The notes under the pieces: model-generated
What the model was told of the DNA's origin: nothing
Database searches by the model: none
The model's input: only the letters and a program-made list of their open reading frames with translations
Program-made: the position numbers and the translations under genes
Part shown: one piece after another, positions 19,597-27,898 of the stretch
Layout: each line of letters opens with the position of its first letter
Position numbering within the stretch: the stretch's first letter is position 1
Source of the DNA: an uncultured Clostridia bacterium
Lineage (GTDB): Bacteria > Bacillota > Clostridia > Christensenellales > Aristaeellaceae
Direction of reading: 5' to 3'
DNA: 64,000 nt
Assembly: GCA_946534895.1 (NCBI GenBank)
Contig: CAMNDE010000006.1
Span: forward strand, 13,504-77,503

Positions 19597-21057
19597 ATGA
19601 CAAAACGAAGAATGTTTCTGCGCATGATCACCGCGTCGCTGCTGCGCCGGCGCTCCCGCATGATCATCGCACTGCTGTCCATTGGCATTGGAGCCACGAT
19701 TCTGGCCGGTCTTGTAACCATTTATGTGGACGTGCCCCGGCAGATGGGTGCCCAGTTCCGTTCCTACGGCGCGAACATGCTCCTGCTGCCCAAAAACAAT
19801 GAGATCCTGAACAGCGAAAATCTTGCGGAAGCCCTGAAACAGATCCCGGAATCCGAGCTGGTGGGTGCCGCGCCTTACCGCTATGTACGGCTGGATATGA
19901 CCACGCGTCAGCAGTCCTTCACTGCGGCGGGCACGGACTTTACGCAGATTACGAAAACAAGCCCGTATTTCAGCATTGAAGGCGAGTATCCTTCGGCGAC
20001 CCGTCAGGTGCTGGTGGGAAAGGAAATCGCGGAGAATATCGGCGTCAGGATCGGTTCCACCATGGAACTGACCTATCAGCCGACAAGCGCTTCCGGCACC
20101 AGGACCCCGGAAGAGAGCCGGGTGCCGGGAGCATCGCTGTCCGGCCAGGCGGAAGGCTTTGGCGGCGGCATGATCTATGTGACGGCAGAGCTTGATGACC
20201 AGGCGAGGATTGCATCGGTTTCCGTGGACGTATCCACCCAGACGCCGGAATACGGCGGACGCATTTCCGAGGATGAAGCGTTCCTGAATCAGTTTGCGGG
20301 AAAAACCCTGCCGCTTGCGCTGGGCGACGGTGTGGATGCCCTGAGCGGCGCCACTGTGACGTCCGCCGCGGTTGTGGATGCCCTGAACAGGGCAACGGAA
20401 ACCACCGCGGCCGCACAGCCGAAAACCCTGAACTTTACCGTTACCGGGATTCTGACCACCGGCGGTGAGGAAGAAGGGTACGTGTTCCTTTCCATTCAGG
20501 ACATGGAAAACATGACCGGAGCGGACCGCCTGGACGTGGCGGAGCTTTCGGTGTCCGCATCTGTGGAACAGCTGGAAGCCTACACGGAGGCGATCACGGC
20601 AGGAAGCGACAGCGTTCAGGCCAGACTGGTCAAGCGCGTGGCACGCTCCGAGGCTTCGGTACTGGAAAAACTGACAGCACTGGTGTTCCTGGTCACGCTG
20701 GTTGTGCTGCTTCTGACCATGATCTGTGTCAGCACCACGATGATGGCTGTCGTTTCCGAACGCCGCAGGGAAATCGGCCTGCGCAAGGCGCTGGGCGCGT
20801 CTGACGGCTCCATCCGTGCGGAATTCCTGGGCGAAGGCCTGTTCCTGGGACTGCTGGGCGGCGTGATGGGCGCGCTCCTGGGCTTTGTGTTCGCCCAGGT
20901 GGTCAGCGTCAATGTGTTTGGCTCTTCCATCACTTTCCAGCCGCTGCTGCTGCCTGCCGCCATCATCGTTTCCATGGCGATTGCCGCGGCGTCCTGCCTG
21001 CTGCCGATCAAGCGCGCAGTGGCCATTGATCCGGCTATCGTCCTGAAAGGAGAATGA
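19597..21057 (+). CDS. FtsX/MacB-like permease carrying an inserted FMN_bind domain
   Basis: FtsX C-terminus (ERRREIGLRKALGA). The extracytoplasmic loop contains IYVTAELDD..ISEDEAFLNQFAGK...DALSGATVTSAAVVDAL. Start at 19597 (RBS GAAGGTGAAGAG) or at 19570. Confidence 0.8.
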   Translation: MTKRRMFLRMITASLLRRRSRMIIALLSIGIGATILAGLVTIYVDVPRQMGAQFRSYGANMLLLPKNNEILNSENLAEALKQIPESELVGAAPYRYVRLDMTTRQQSFTAAGTDFTQITKTSPYFSIEGEYPSATRQVLVGKEIAENIGVRIGSTMELTYQPTSASGTRTPEESRVPGASLSGQAEGFGGGMIYVTAELDDQARIASVSVDVSTQTPEYGGRISEDEAFLNQFAGKTLPLALGDGVDALSGATVTSAAVVDALNRATETTAAAQPKTLNFTVTGILTTGGEEEGYVFLSIQDMENMTGADRLDVAELSVSASVEQLEAYTEAITAGSDSVQARLVKRVARSEASVLEKLTALVFLVTLVVLLLTMICVSTTMMAVVSERRREIGLRKALGASDGSIRAEFLGEGLFLGLLGGVMGALLGFVFAQVVSVNVFGSSITFQPLLLPAAIIVSMAIAAASCLLPIKRAVAIDPAIVLKGE

Positions 21058-21061
21058 CATC

Positions 21062-21736
21062 ATGAGCTTGCTTGAACTGAGAAATATATCGAAGATTTAC
21101 GGGGAATTAAAGGCACTGGATAATGTGAGCATCCATGTGGACCAGGGGGAATGGGTGGCGATCATGGGACCTTCCGGCAGCGGAAAGAGCACCATGATGA
21201 ACATTATCGGGTGCATGGACAAGCCCACCAAGGGCGAGGTTCTGCTGGACGGCGTGGACATTGCCAAGGAGAGCAGCAAAAAGCTGACGGACATCCGCAG
21301 GGACAAGATCGGCCTGATCTTCCAGCAGTTCCACATGGTCAATTACCTGACCGCCGTGGAAAACGTGATGGTGTCCCAGTACTATCACTCTATGCCCGAT
21401 GAAAAGGAAGCCCTGGAGGCTCTGGAGCGTGTGGGCCTCAGGGAGCGTGCACGGCATCTGCCCAGCCAGCTGTCCGGCGGCGAGCAGCAGCGTGTGTGCG
21501 TGGCGCGGGCGCTGATCAATCATCCCGAGCTGGTCCTGGCCGACGAACCCACCGGCAACCTGGACGAAGCCAATGAAAACATTGTGCTGGGTCTGTTTGC
21601 CCAGCTCCACAGGGAGGGCACCACCCTGATCGTGGTTACCCATGACCCGGAGGTGGCGGAAGCCGCCCAGCGCACCATTGTGCTGGAGCACGGCAAGGTC
21701 GCCCGTGAAATCATCAACGAAAACTTCGGAAAATAA
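21062..21736 (+). CDS. ABC transporter ATP-binding protein (MacB/LolD type)
   Basis: Walker A GPSGSGKST, signature LSGGEQQR, Walker B LVLADEPT. Confidence 0.9.
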   Translation: MSLLELRNISKIYGELKALDNVSIHVDQGEWVAIMGPSGSGKSTMMNIIGCMDKPTKGEVLLDGVDIAKESSKKLTDIRRDKIGLIFQQFHMVNYLTAVENVMVSQYYHSMPDEKEALEALERVGLRERARHLPSQLSGGEQQRVCVARALINHPELVLADEPTGNLDEANENIVLGLFAQLHREGTTLIVVTHDPEVAEAAQRTIVLEHGKVAREIINENFGK

Positions 21737-21762
21737 CGATAACGGAAACAGGGGATTGAACC

Positions 21763-22149
21763 ATGAAAAAGCAGACAATACCCGCCGTCATTCTTCTGGC
21801 TGCAGCGCTGGTGACTGCGATCGGCAGCCAGACCTTCCTTTCCCCCTGCGTCCATGAAGACGGTTCCTTTGGTCCGTGTCACTGGGCAGGACAGACGCTT
21901 CTGGGACTGGGCTGTGTGCTTGGCGTTATGGCAGTGCTCTGCCTGTGCGTGAAACGTGCGCGGCAGGGTGCGTATCTCAGCGCCCTGCCCGTGTGCCTTA
22001 TGGGCATTGCGACGCCGGGCACGCTGATTGACATCTGCCATATGAGCACCATGCAGTGCCGGATGGTGATGCAGCCCGCCATGATCATCCTGTTTTCGCT
22101 TGCGCTGATCACTGCCCTGACCGGCGCGATCCTGACCGGGAGAGAGTAA
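21763..22149 (+). CDS. DUF4418-like small Cys/His-rich membrane protein
   Basis: 128 aa, 4 predicted TM segments. SPCVHEDGSFGPCHW and CHMSTMQC motifs. RBS GGGGA. Confidence 0.65.
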   Translation: MKKQTIPAVILLAAALVTAIGSQTFLSPCVHEDGSFGPCHWAGQTLLGLGCVLGVMAVLCLCVKRARQGAYLSALPVCLMGIATPGTLIDICHMSTMQCRMVMQPAMIILFSLALITALTGAILTGRE

Positions 22150-22156
22150 CGAGCCG

Positions 22157-23356
22157 ATGAAAAACTTTTCCTTATCTGTCAAAAACCTGACCCGCAGGCC
22201 GGGACGTACGCTGGCGCTGACCCTTCTGACCGCCTTCCTTGCGCTGGCGGTCTTTGGCGGATCGGTGGTGGTGCTCTCGCTGCGCAGCGGACTGAACAGT
22301 CTGGAGGCCCGGCTTGGCGCGGATATCATTCTGGTGCCCTCCGAGGCCCAGAGCAAGGTGAGCTTCCAGAACATGTTCCTGCAGGGAACCACAGGCGCGT
22401 TTTACATGGATGCTTCCGCCCTGGACCAGGCACTGGAAGTGGAAGGCGTGGAAAAGGCCGCGCCGCAGACTTTCCTGGCCTCCCTGAAAGCGGACTGCTG
22501 TTCCATCAAGATCCAGGTGATCGGCATTGACCCGCAGCGGGATTTCACGGTGCAGCCCTGGATTTCCCGGAGTCTTACGCGGGAACTGGGAGACATGGAC
22601 GTGGCTGTGGGCTGCAAGGTGGAAGCGGAAGTGGGAGAAATCATCCGTATCTATGATCAGCGCTGCAAGGTGGTTGCGCGGCTCGAAGCCACCGGTACCG
22701 GGCTGGATACGGCTGTGTACTGCAATATGGACACCATGAACACGCTGCTTCAGGCGGCGGAGGCCATGGGCGTAAGCCACCGGATTGAAAGCGGGGACCA
22801 GGTGATCTCCGCTGTGTATGTAAAGGTAAAGGATGGCTGCGATATCGGCACGGTCAACAGTCAGCTGAACGGACATATCCGCAAGGTGACCGCTGTGCGC
22901 ACGCGCAGCATGATCACCGGCGTATCGGACAGTCTGGCGGGCATCAGCCGCACAGTCACAATACTGATTGTGGCGGTATGGGTTCTGGCGTTCATGATTC
23001 TGCTGCTGGCTTTTGCACTGATCATCCGGGAAAGGTCCAGAGAGTTTGCCGTACTCCGGCTAGTGGGTGCATCCCGCGGCATGCTCTCGCGCCTGGTGCT
23101 GCAGGAGTCTTCCGTGTGCGGGCTGCTGGGCGGACTGACCGGCATTCTGGTGGCGGCGCTGTTTCTGTTTCCCTTCGCCCAGCTCATTGAAAGCGCACTG
23201 AAGCTTCCGTATCTGATGCCGGATACGGGGAAGGTGCTGCTGCTGGCAGGAGGAACCATGCTTCTTTCCGTGCTTGTGGCGGCGCTGGCCAGCATTGCCG
23301 CCGCGTACCGCCTGAGCCGGGTGGATCCCGGCATCGCCCTGCGGGAGGGAAACTGA
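22157..23356 (+). CDS. ABC transporter permease, FtsX-like
   Basis: 399 aa. TM1, an extracytoplasmic domain, then an FtsX bundle (ERSREFAVLRLVGAS). Confidence 0.85.
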   Translation: MKNFSLSVKNLTRRPGRTLALTLLTAFLALAVFGGSVVVLSLRSGLNSLEARLGADIILVPSEAQSKVSFQNMFLQGTTGAFYMDASALDQALEVEGVEKAAPQTFLASLKADCCSIKIQVIGIDPQRDFTVQPWISRSLTRELGDMDVAVGCKVEAEVGEIIRIYDQRCKVVARLEATGTGLDTAVYCNMDTMNTLLQAAEAMGVSHRIESGDQVISAVYVKVKDGCDIGTVNSQLNGHIRKVTAVRTRSMITGVSDSLAGISRTVTILIVAVWVLAFMILLLAFALIIRERSREFAVLRLVGASRGMLSRLVLQESSVCGLLGGLTGILVAALFLFPFAQLIESALKLPYLMPDTGKVLLLAGGTMLLSVLVAALASIAAAYRLSRVDPGIALREGN

Positions 23357-23357
23357 T

Positions 23358-24077
23358 ATGCGCATGAAAGCTGAAAACATTTCCAAACGCTATTTCCGCA
23401 AAACCGGCGATGCCAATCACTTTTTTGCCGTAAAGCCGCTGAGCCTGGAGCTCCGGAGCGGTGAGGTCATCGTGCTGATGGGCCGGAGCGGTTCAGGCAA
23501 GACGACACTGCTGAACATGCTCTGCGGTCTTCTAGTGCCCACGGAGGGCAGCATCTATCTGGACGATACCGACCTGTACAGTCTGGATGACCGGAAACTT
23601 TCCCGGCTGCGCAGCGAAAGAATCGGCGTCGTTCCCCAGGGCAGGAGCGCCATTGATACCCTGAGTGTGCTGGAAAACATTCTGCTCCCGGCAAAACTCT
23701 ACGGCAGGGCACTTCCGCTGGACGGTGCGGAGAAGTGGATGGAGCGCCTGGGCATTGCCCACCTCAGGGATGCCAGGCCTGCTGAACTGTCAGGCGGAGA
23801 ACTCCGCCGCATGGCCATCGTCCGCGCCTTGGCCGGGGAGCCAGATCTGCTCTTTGCCGATGAGCCCACCGGGGACCTGGACGACGAAAACACAGCTCTG
23901 GTCCTGTCTGCGTTTAGTGACTATGCGCACGAAGAGAATAAGGGCGTATTCATTGTTACCCATGAGAATGACGCCCTGAAGTATGCCGACAGAAGCTTCA
24001 GAATGGATGGCGGCCTGATGTTTTCCGCTCAGGAAAAGTGCGCTCCGGCAGACATGTGCTCACCGGAGGCACCATGA
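23358..24077 (+). CDS. ABC transporter ATP-binding protein
   Basis: Walker A GRSGSGKTT, signature LSGGELRR, Walker B LLFADEPT. Starts 1 nt after the permease stop. Confidence 0.9.
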   Translation: MRMKAENISKRYFRKTGDANHFFAVKPLSLELRSGEVIVLMGRSGSGKTTLLNMLCGLLVPTEGSIYLDDTDLYSLDDRKLSRLRSERIGVVPQGRSAIDTLSVLENILLPAKLYGRALPLDGAEKWMERLGIAHLRDARPAELSGGELRRMAIVRALAGEPDLLFADEPTGDLDDENTALVLSAFSDYAHEENKGVFIVTHENDALKYADRSFRMDGGLMFSAQEKCAPADMCSPEAP

Positions 24078-24144
24078 ATGCAGGCACACCCGGGAAAATA
24101 CCTCGGCGGCATGCGGGCAGGCTTTTGAAAGGAAGCGGAAAGCC

Positions 24145-24921
24145 GTGAAGGTCTACGAATTCGGTCTGGAACACGGGGAAACGTTTGTCATGTTCCAGTG
24201 CGCGGCTGAGCCCTGGTGGGTATTCCGGAAGTCAGCGGAAGCCATGGCCCGGGATTATCATGTGTACCTGATCATTGCGGACGGGCATGATGAGGCGGGA
24301 ACCGAGTTTGTGTCGCTGGAGAAGAACGTGAAGGATGCGGCGGATGTGCTGCGCCGGAAAGGTGTCCGGCACATTGAAGCCATGTACGGCGTTTCCATGG
24401 GCGGAGCGAGCGTGATCCGGTTTCTTGCCACGGAAGACATTCCCGTAGACCGCGCGGTCATTGACGCGGGCATCACGCCCTATCCCTATCCGCGCCTGAT
24501 CTGCCGCCTGATTGCGCTGAAGGACTGGGTGACGATGATGCTTGGCACCAAGTCCATGCATATGATGAAGCTGGCAGCCCCGCCGGAGCGATGGACGCCT
24601 GAGGGAGAGGACCCGGAAGAACATTATCGGAAAATCTTCGATTTTGAAAAGCACCATTTCACGCCGCGGACTATCTACAATGTCTTCTGGTCGACGAACA
24701 ACTATGCGATGCCGGATCCTGTGCCGAAGGTTCCCACCCGTATCGAATACTGGTACGGAGAGGAAGAAAAGCGCGCAAGGAAGCAGGACCTGGCATATAC
24801 CCGGAAAGTCTATCCGCAGACCGTTTCAAGAGAATTCCAGGGCCTGGCGCATGCGGAGCTTGTACTCATGTTCCCGGAGCGGTTTTCCAGGGAAATACAT
24901 CGGTTTCTCAGGGAGGAATAG
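24145..24921 (+). CDS. alpha/beta-fold hydrolase
   Basis: 258 aa, GTG start with RBS GAAAGGAAG. Nucleophile elbow GVSMGG. Confidence 0.7.
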   Translation: MKVYEFGLEHGETFVMFQCAAEPWWVFRKSAEAMARDYHVYLIIADGHDEAGTEFVSLEKNVKDAADVLRRKGVRHIEAMYGVSMGGASVIRFLATEDIPVDRAVIDAGITPYPYPRLICRLIALKDWVTMMLGTKSMHMMKLAAPPERWTPEGEDPEEHYRKIFDFEKHHFTPRTIYNVFWSTNNYAMPDPVPKVPTRIEYWYGEEEKRARKQDLAYTRKVYPQTVSREFQGLAHAELVLMFPERFSREIHRFLREE

Positions 24922-24924
24922 TAC

Positions 24925-25524
24925 GTGAATCCGCTGAACAGGCAATGGTTCTACCGGGGGTTCAGGAAAGTGCTCCGAGGAGCATTCGGCCGGGAAAAGG
25001 CTGAGGATGTCTGGCGTGAAGCCGGGCGGGAATATGCCGGGATGCTTGCCGTGAATCCTGAACTGAAACGGCAGAGGGGGGCCATGGTGCTTCCGGCTGT
25101 CGCCCTGTACCGGGTTCTGGAATGGCGCGGCGCTGATGCGGAAGAGATGCTGAACAGCTATGGCGACGGGATGGGAAAGCGTTTTGCCAGGCTTGTGCAC
25201 GGCATCACACGGCTGCCCGGTGTGTCCAGGATGATCTGGCGGCATACTGGCCGCATCATGGACCGGATGAGCGGTGAACGCCTGGGCTACAGACGGCGCA
25301 TCGTTTCCAGGCCGCCGGACATGTACGGCGTGGATATCCTGTCCTGTCCCTATCATGAACTGGCAAGACAGCTGGGGGAGGAAAAGGCCGTCCTGTGCAT
25401 CTGTCATATGGACAAGGCCTATATGCAGGGGTTTTACCACATCCGCTATGAGCGGAGCGCCGCGGTGTCGGAAGGTGCGGAATGCTGTGATTACCGGCTG
25501 CGTTTTGATCCGGCCAGAGAGTGA
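24925..25524 (+). CDS. L-2-amino-thiazoline-4-carboxylic acid hydrolase-like protein
   Basis: 199 aa. C-terminal Cys pattern ILSCPYHELARQLG...LCICHMDKAY...CCDYRL resembles the ATC_hydrolase family. GTG start after GGGAGGAA. Confidence 0.6.
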   Translation: MNPLNRQWFYRGFRKVLRGAFGREKAEDVWREAGREYAGMLAVNPELKRQRGAMVLPAVALYRVLEWRGADAEEMLNSYGDGMGKRFARLVHGITRLPGVSRMIWRHTGRIMDRMSGERLGYRRRIVSRPPDMYGVDILSCPYHELARQLGEEKAVLCICHMDKAYMQGFYHIRYERSAAVSEGAECCDYRLRFDPARE

Positions 25525-25594
25525 GACAGCGCGCCGGCTCTGTGCGTGTTCACGGCTGCTGTCCTGTGGAAAAGCGAAAGGAAGCTGACGCACC

Positions 25595-26074
25595 ATGATA
25601 TTTGTGCAGCTCGTTCTGTTCTGTACCGCGTTCACTCTTTTGGTGAAGCTCGGTGTCGGAAAACGTGCACTGAACGGTCTGTTTTTCTATCCGGAGCCTG
25701 TGCAGGAGAAGGCGTATGCCCTGGGCCTGGCCAGCCGGGCGTCCGTGGCCCGGAGGCGGAAATGGTTCATGCCCGTGTTTGTTCTGGTGATGCTGGCAGC
25801 GCTGCTGCTGATCATTGGACTGTGGAACGGGATTCATGAATTCCGGCCGGCCTATCTGCAGGCGCTTTTGTTTCTCGAAGTCATGAACTGGTATGACGGG
25901 ATCGTCATTGACCGCCTCTGGGTCGGACACAGCCGCTTCTGGGTCATTCCCGGACTGGAGGACATTCCCTTTGTGCAGACCTGGCCGCAGGTGCTGAAAA
26001 AGCGCGGTATTCTGACAGGCATCTGGATTGTCGGAGCCGCGGCTGTTGCGGGACTGACAGTGCTCATTTTCTGA
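25595..26074 (+). CDS. hypothetical membrane protein
   Basis: 159 aa, 3-4 hydrophobic segments. RBS GAAAGGAAG. No family recognised. Confidence 0.6.
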   Translation: MIFVQLVLFCTAFTLLVKLGVGKRALNGLFFYPEPVQEKAYALGLASRASVARRRKWFMPVFVLVMLAALLLIIGLWNGIHEFRPAYLQALLFLEVMNWYDGIVIDRLWVGHSRFWVIPGLEDIPFVQTWPQVLKKRGILTGIWIVGAAAVAGLTVLIF

Positions 26075-26321
26075 GCAGCATGGCAGGAGCCCGAGCGCTT
26101 CCGACCGGAGATGCATAGAGCCTGGAGAAAAGATGGAAACCGATATGAAATACGGAATGTATGGAGCCATGGTGCCCCTGCTGGTCCGCAGGCCTGCGTT
26201 TGCATACCTGGATAAAACGGCTCCCGGCGTGGATGCGGATGCTGTCAGGAAAGCGTGAGGCAGAAAATCATGCGAGACGGAAAAGTAGGCAGCATCTGAA
26301 GGGGAAGCATATGTATCATAT

Positions 26322-26344
26322 GCCGGCGGATCAGCCGGCTTTTT
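26322..26344 (+). terminator. intrinsic terminator closing the plus-strand unit
   Basis: GCCGGC-GGATCA-GCCGGC followed by TTTTT (26340-26344). Confidence 0.5.
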
Positions 26345-26426
26345 CTGTACCGGAAAACAGCGAGTGTGCAAACCATGAAACGGCTTTTCCCGGTTATCCT
26401 GAAACCCTGCAATGCGGAAATCGGGA

Positions 26427-26460
26427 AACAAAAAAGCACGGCGGCAGTATGCCGCCATGC
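26427..26460 (-). terminator. intrinsic terminator after the hydrogenase cluster
   Basis: 11-bp stem (26436-26446 / 26450-26460, one G-U pair). The minus strand continues TTTTTTGTTT. 8 nt past the stop at 26468. Confidence 0.65.
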
Positions 26461-26467
26461 GATTGTG

Positions 26468-27889
26468 CTACTGAAGAGGTGAGATGGCATCCAGAATGGT
26501 TTTTTCCAGGGCTTCACGGCCATAGCTGTCCACGGCGGCCCTGTTCTTTTCACCGTGGGTCAGATTGCCTGCACCGCCAATGCAGCCGCTCACGCACGCC
26601 ATGCCCTCGATAAAATTGGCGTCCAGCGCATTCCGGCTCTTTTTGAGCAGGGCAATGCGGCATTCCTCGATGCCGTCGCAGGCGCAGGCTTTCAGCTGGA
26701 AGTCATCCAGATGCTGTTCCTTCAGGCCCTCGGCCACAGCGTCGGACAGACCGCCGCTGCGGGCGAAGATCCGGCCGAAGTAGCTGGCATTGTCCAGCAC
26801 ATCCTCGGGCAGGGTGGTAATGTCGATGTCCCTGCTGTCCAGAAGAGCCTGCAGTTCCTCAAAGGTGATGGCGGCATCTACATAGGGCTTCACATCGTCC
26901 AGCTGCACTTCAGCCTTTTTGGCAGTGCAGGGGCCGATGAATACGATTTTGACGTTCTCATCGTGTTCCCTGATGTATTTGGCGATGGTTGCCATCGGTG
27001 ACAGATTATGGGAGATATAGGGAACCAGTGCCGGGAAGGCGGTCCTGACATAGCGCACGAAGGCGGGACAGCAGGAGGATGTGAGGAACCCCTTTTCCGT
27101 CAGCTCCCTGGATTCGGCCTGTGCCACCATATCCGCGCCAAGGGCGGCTTCCACGACAGTGTAGAAGCCCAGCTTCTTGATGCCGGTGACGACCTGACCG
27201 AGTTTGGCGTAATTCAGCTGGCTGCCGATGGCAGGCGCTACCAGGGCGTAAACCTTGTATCGGGTATTGTCCTGGCTTTTTTTCAGCATGTCGATCACAT
27301 TGATGATAAAGGACCGGTCTGTAATCGCGCCAAAGGGACACTGGTATACGCATGCGCCGCACTGGATGCACTTTTCGTCGTCGATCTTGGCTGCGTTGCC
27401 CTCATTGATGGAAATGGCCTTGATTTTGCAGGCGTTCTGACAGGGACGCTTGCGGTTGACAATGGCGCTGTAGGGGCAGACTTTGGCGCACTGGCCGCAT
27501 TCCACGCACTTGGTTTTGTCGATGTGGGCCTCGTGCTTGTGGTCAAAGGAGATTGCGCCGCGTCTGCATGCATCCTCGCACCGATGGGCCAGACATCCCC
27601 GGCAGGAATCAGTCACCTGATAGCCCACGGCGGGACAGTCGTCACAGGCAATATCGATTACATTGATGATGTTGGCAGGATTGCCGCCGCCCATGGCCAG
27701 TTTGACGCGCTCGGCCAGGATGGCCCGCTCCTTGTACACGCAGCAGCGCATGGTGGGCACTTTGCCGGGGACGATCATTCTGGGAATGTCCAGCACGTTG
27801 TCCAGCAGTGTGTCATTCCAGGCCTGCCGGGCCACTTCCCGCAGCACCTTGTATTTCAGGTATTGGACTTTGGTATCAAACTTGTACAT
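26468..27889 (-). CDS. [FeFe] hydrogenase, group B-like (catalytic-type H-domain with N-terminal 4Fe-4S domains)
   Basis: 473 aa. H-cluster motifs TSSCCPAFV, IGPCTAKKAE and EGMACVSGCIGGAG. Two CxxCxxCxxxCP ferredoxin motifs. RBS AAGGAG. Confidence 0.85.
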   Translation of the reverse strand: MYKFDTKVQYLKYKVLREVARQAWNDTLLDNVLDIPRMIVPGKVPTMRCCVYKERAILAERVKLAMGGGNPANIINVIDIACDDCPAVGYQVTDSCRGCLAHRCEDACRRGAISFDHKHEAHIDKTKCVECGQCAKVCPYSAIVNRKRPCQNACKIKAISINEGNAAKIDDEKCIQCGACVYQCPFGAITDRSFIINVIDMLKKSQDNTRYKVYALVAPAIGSQLNYAKLGQVVTGIKKLGFYTVVEAALGADMVAQAESRELTEKGFLTSSCCPAFVRYVRTAFPALVPYISHNLSPMATIAKYIREHDENVKIVFIGPCTAKKAEVQLDDVKPYVDAAITFEELQALLDSRDIDITTLPEDVLDNASYFGRIFARSGGLSDAVAEGLKEQHLDDFQLKACACDGIEECRIALLKKSRNALDANFIEGMACVSGCIGGAGNLTHGEKNRAAVDSYGREALEKTILDAISPLQ

Positions 27890-27898
27890 GTCTGCTCC

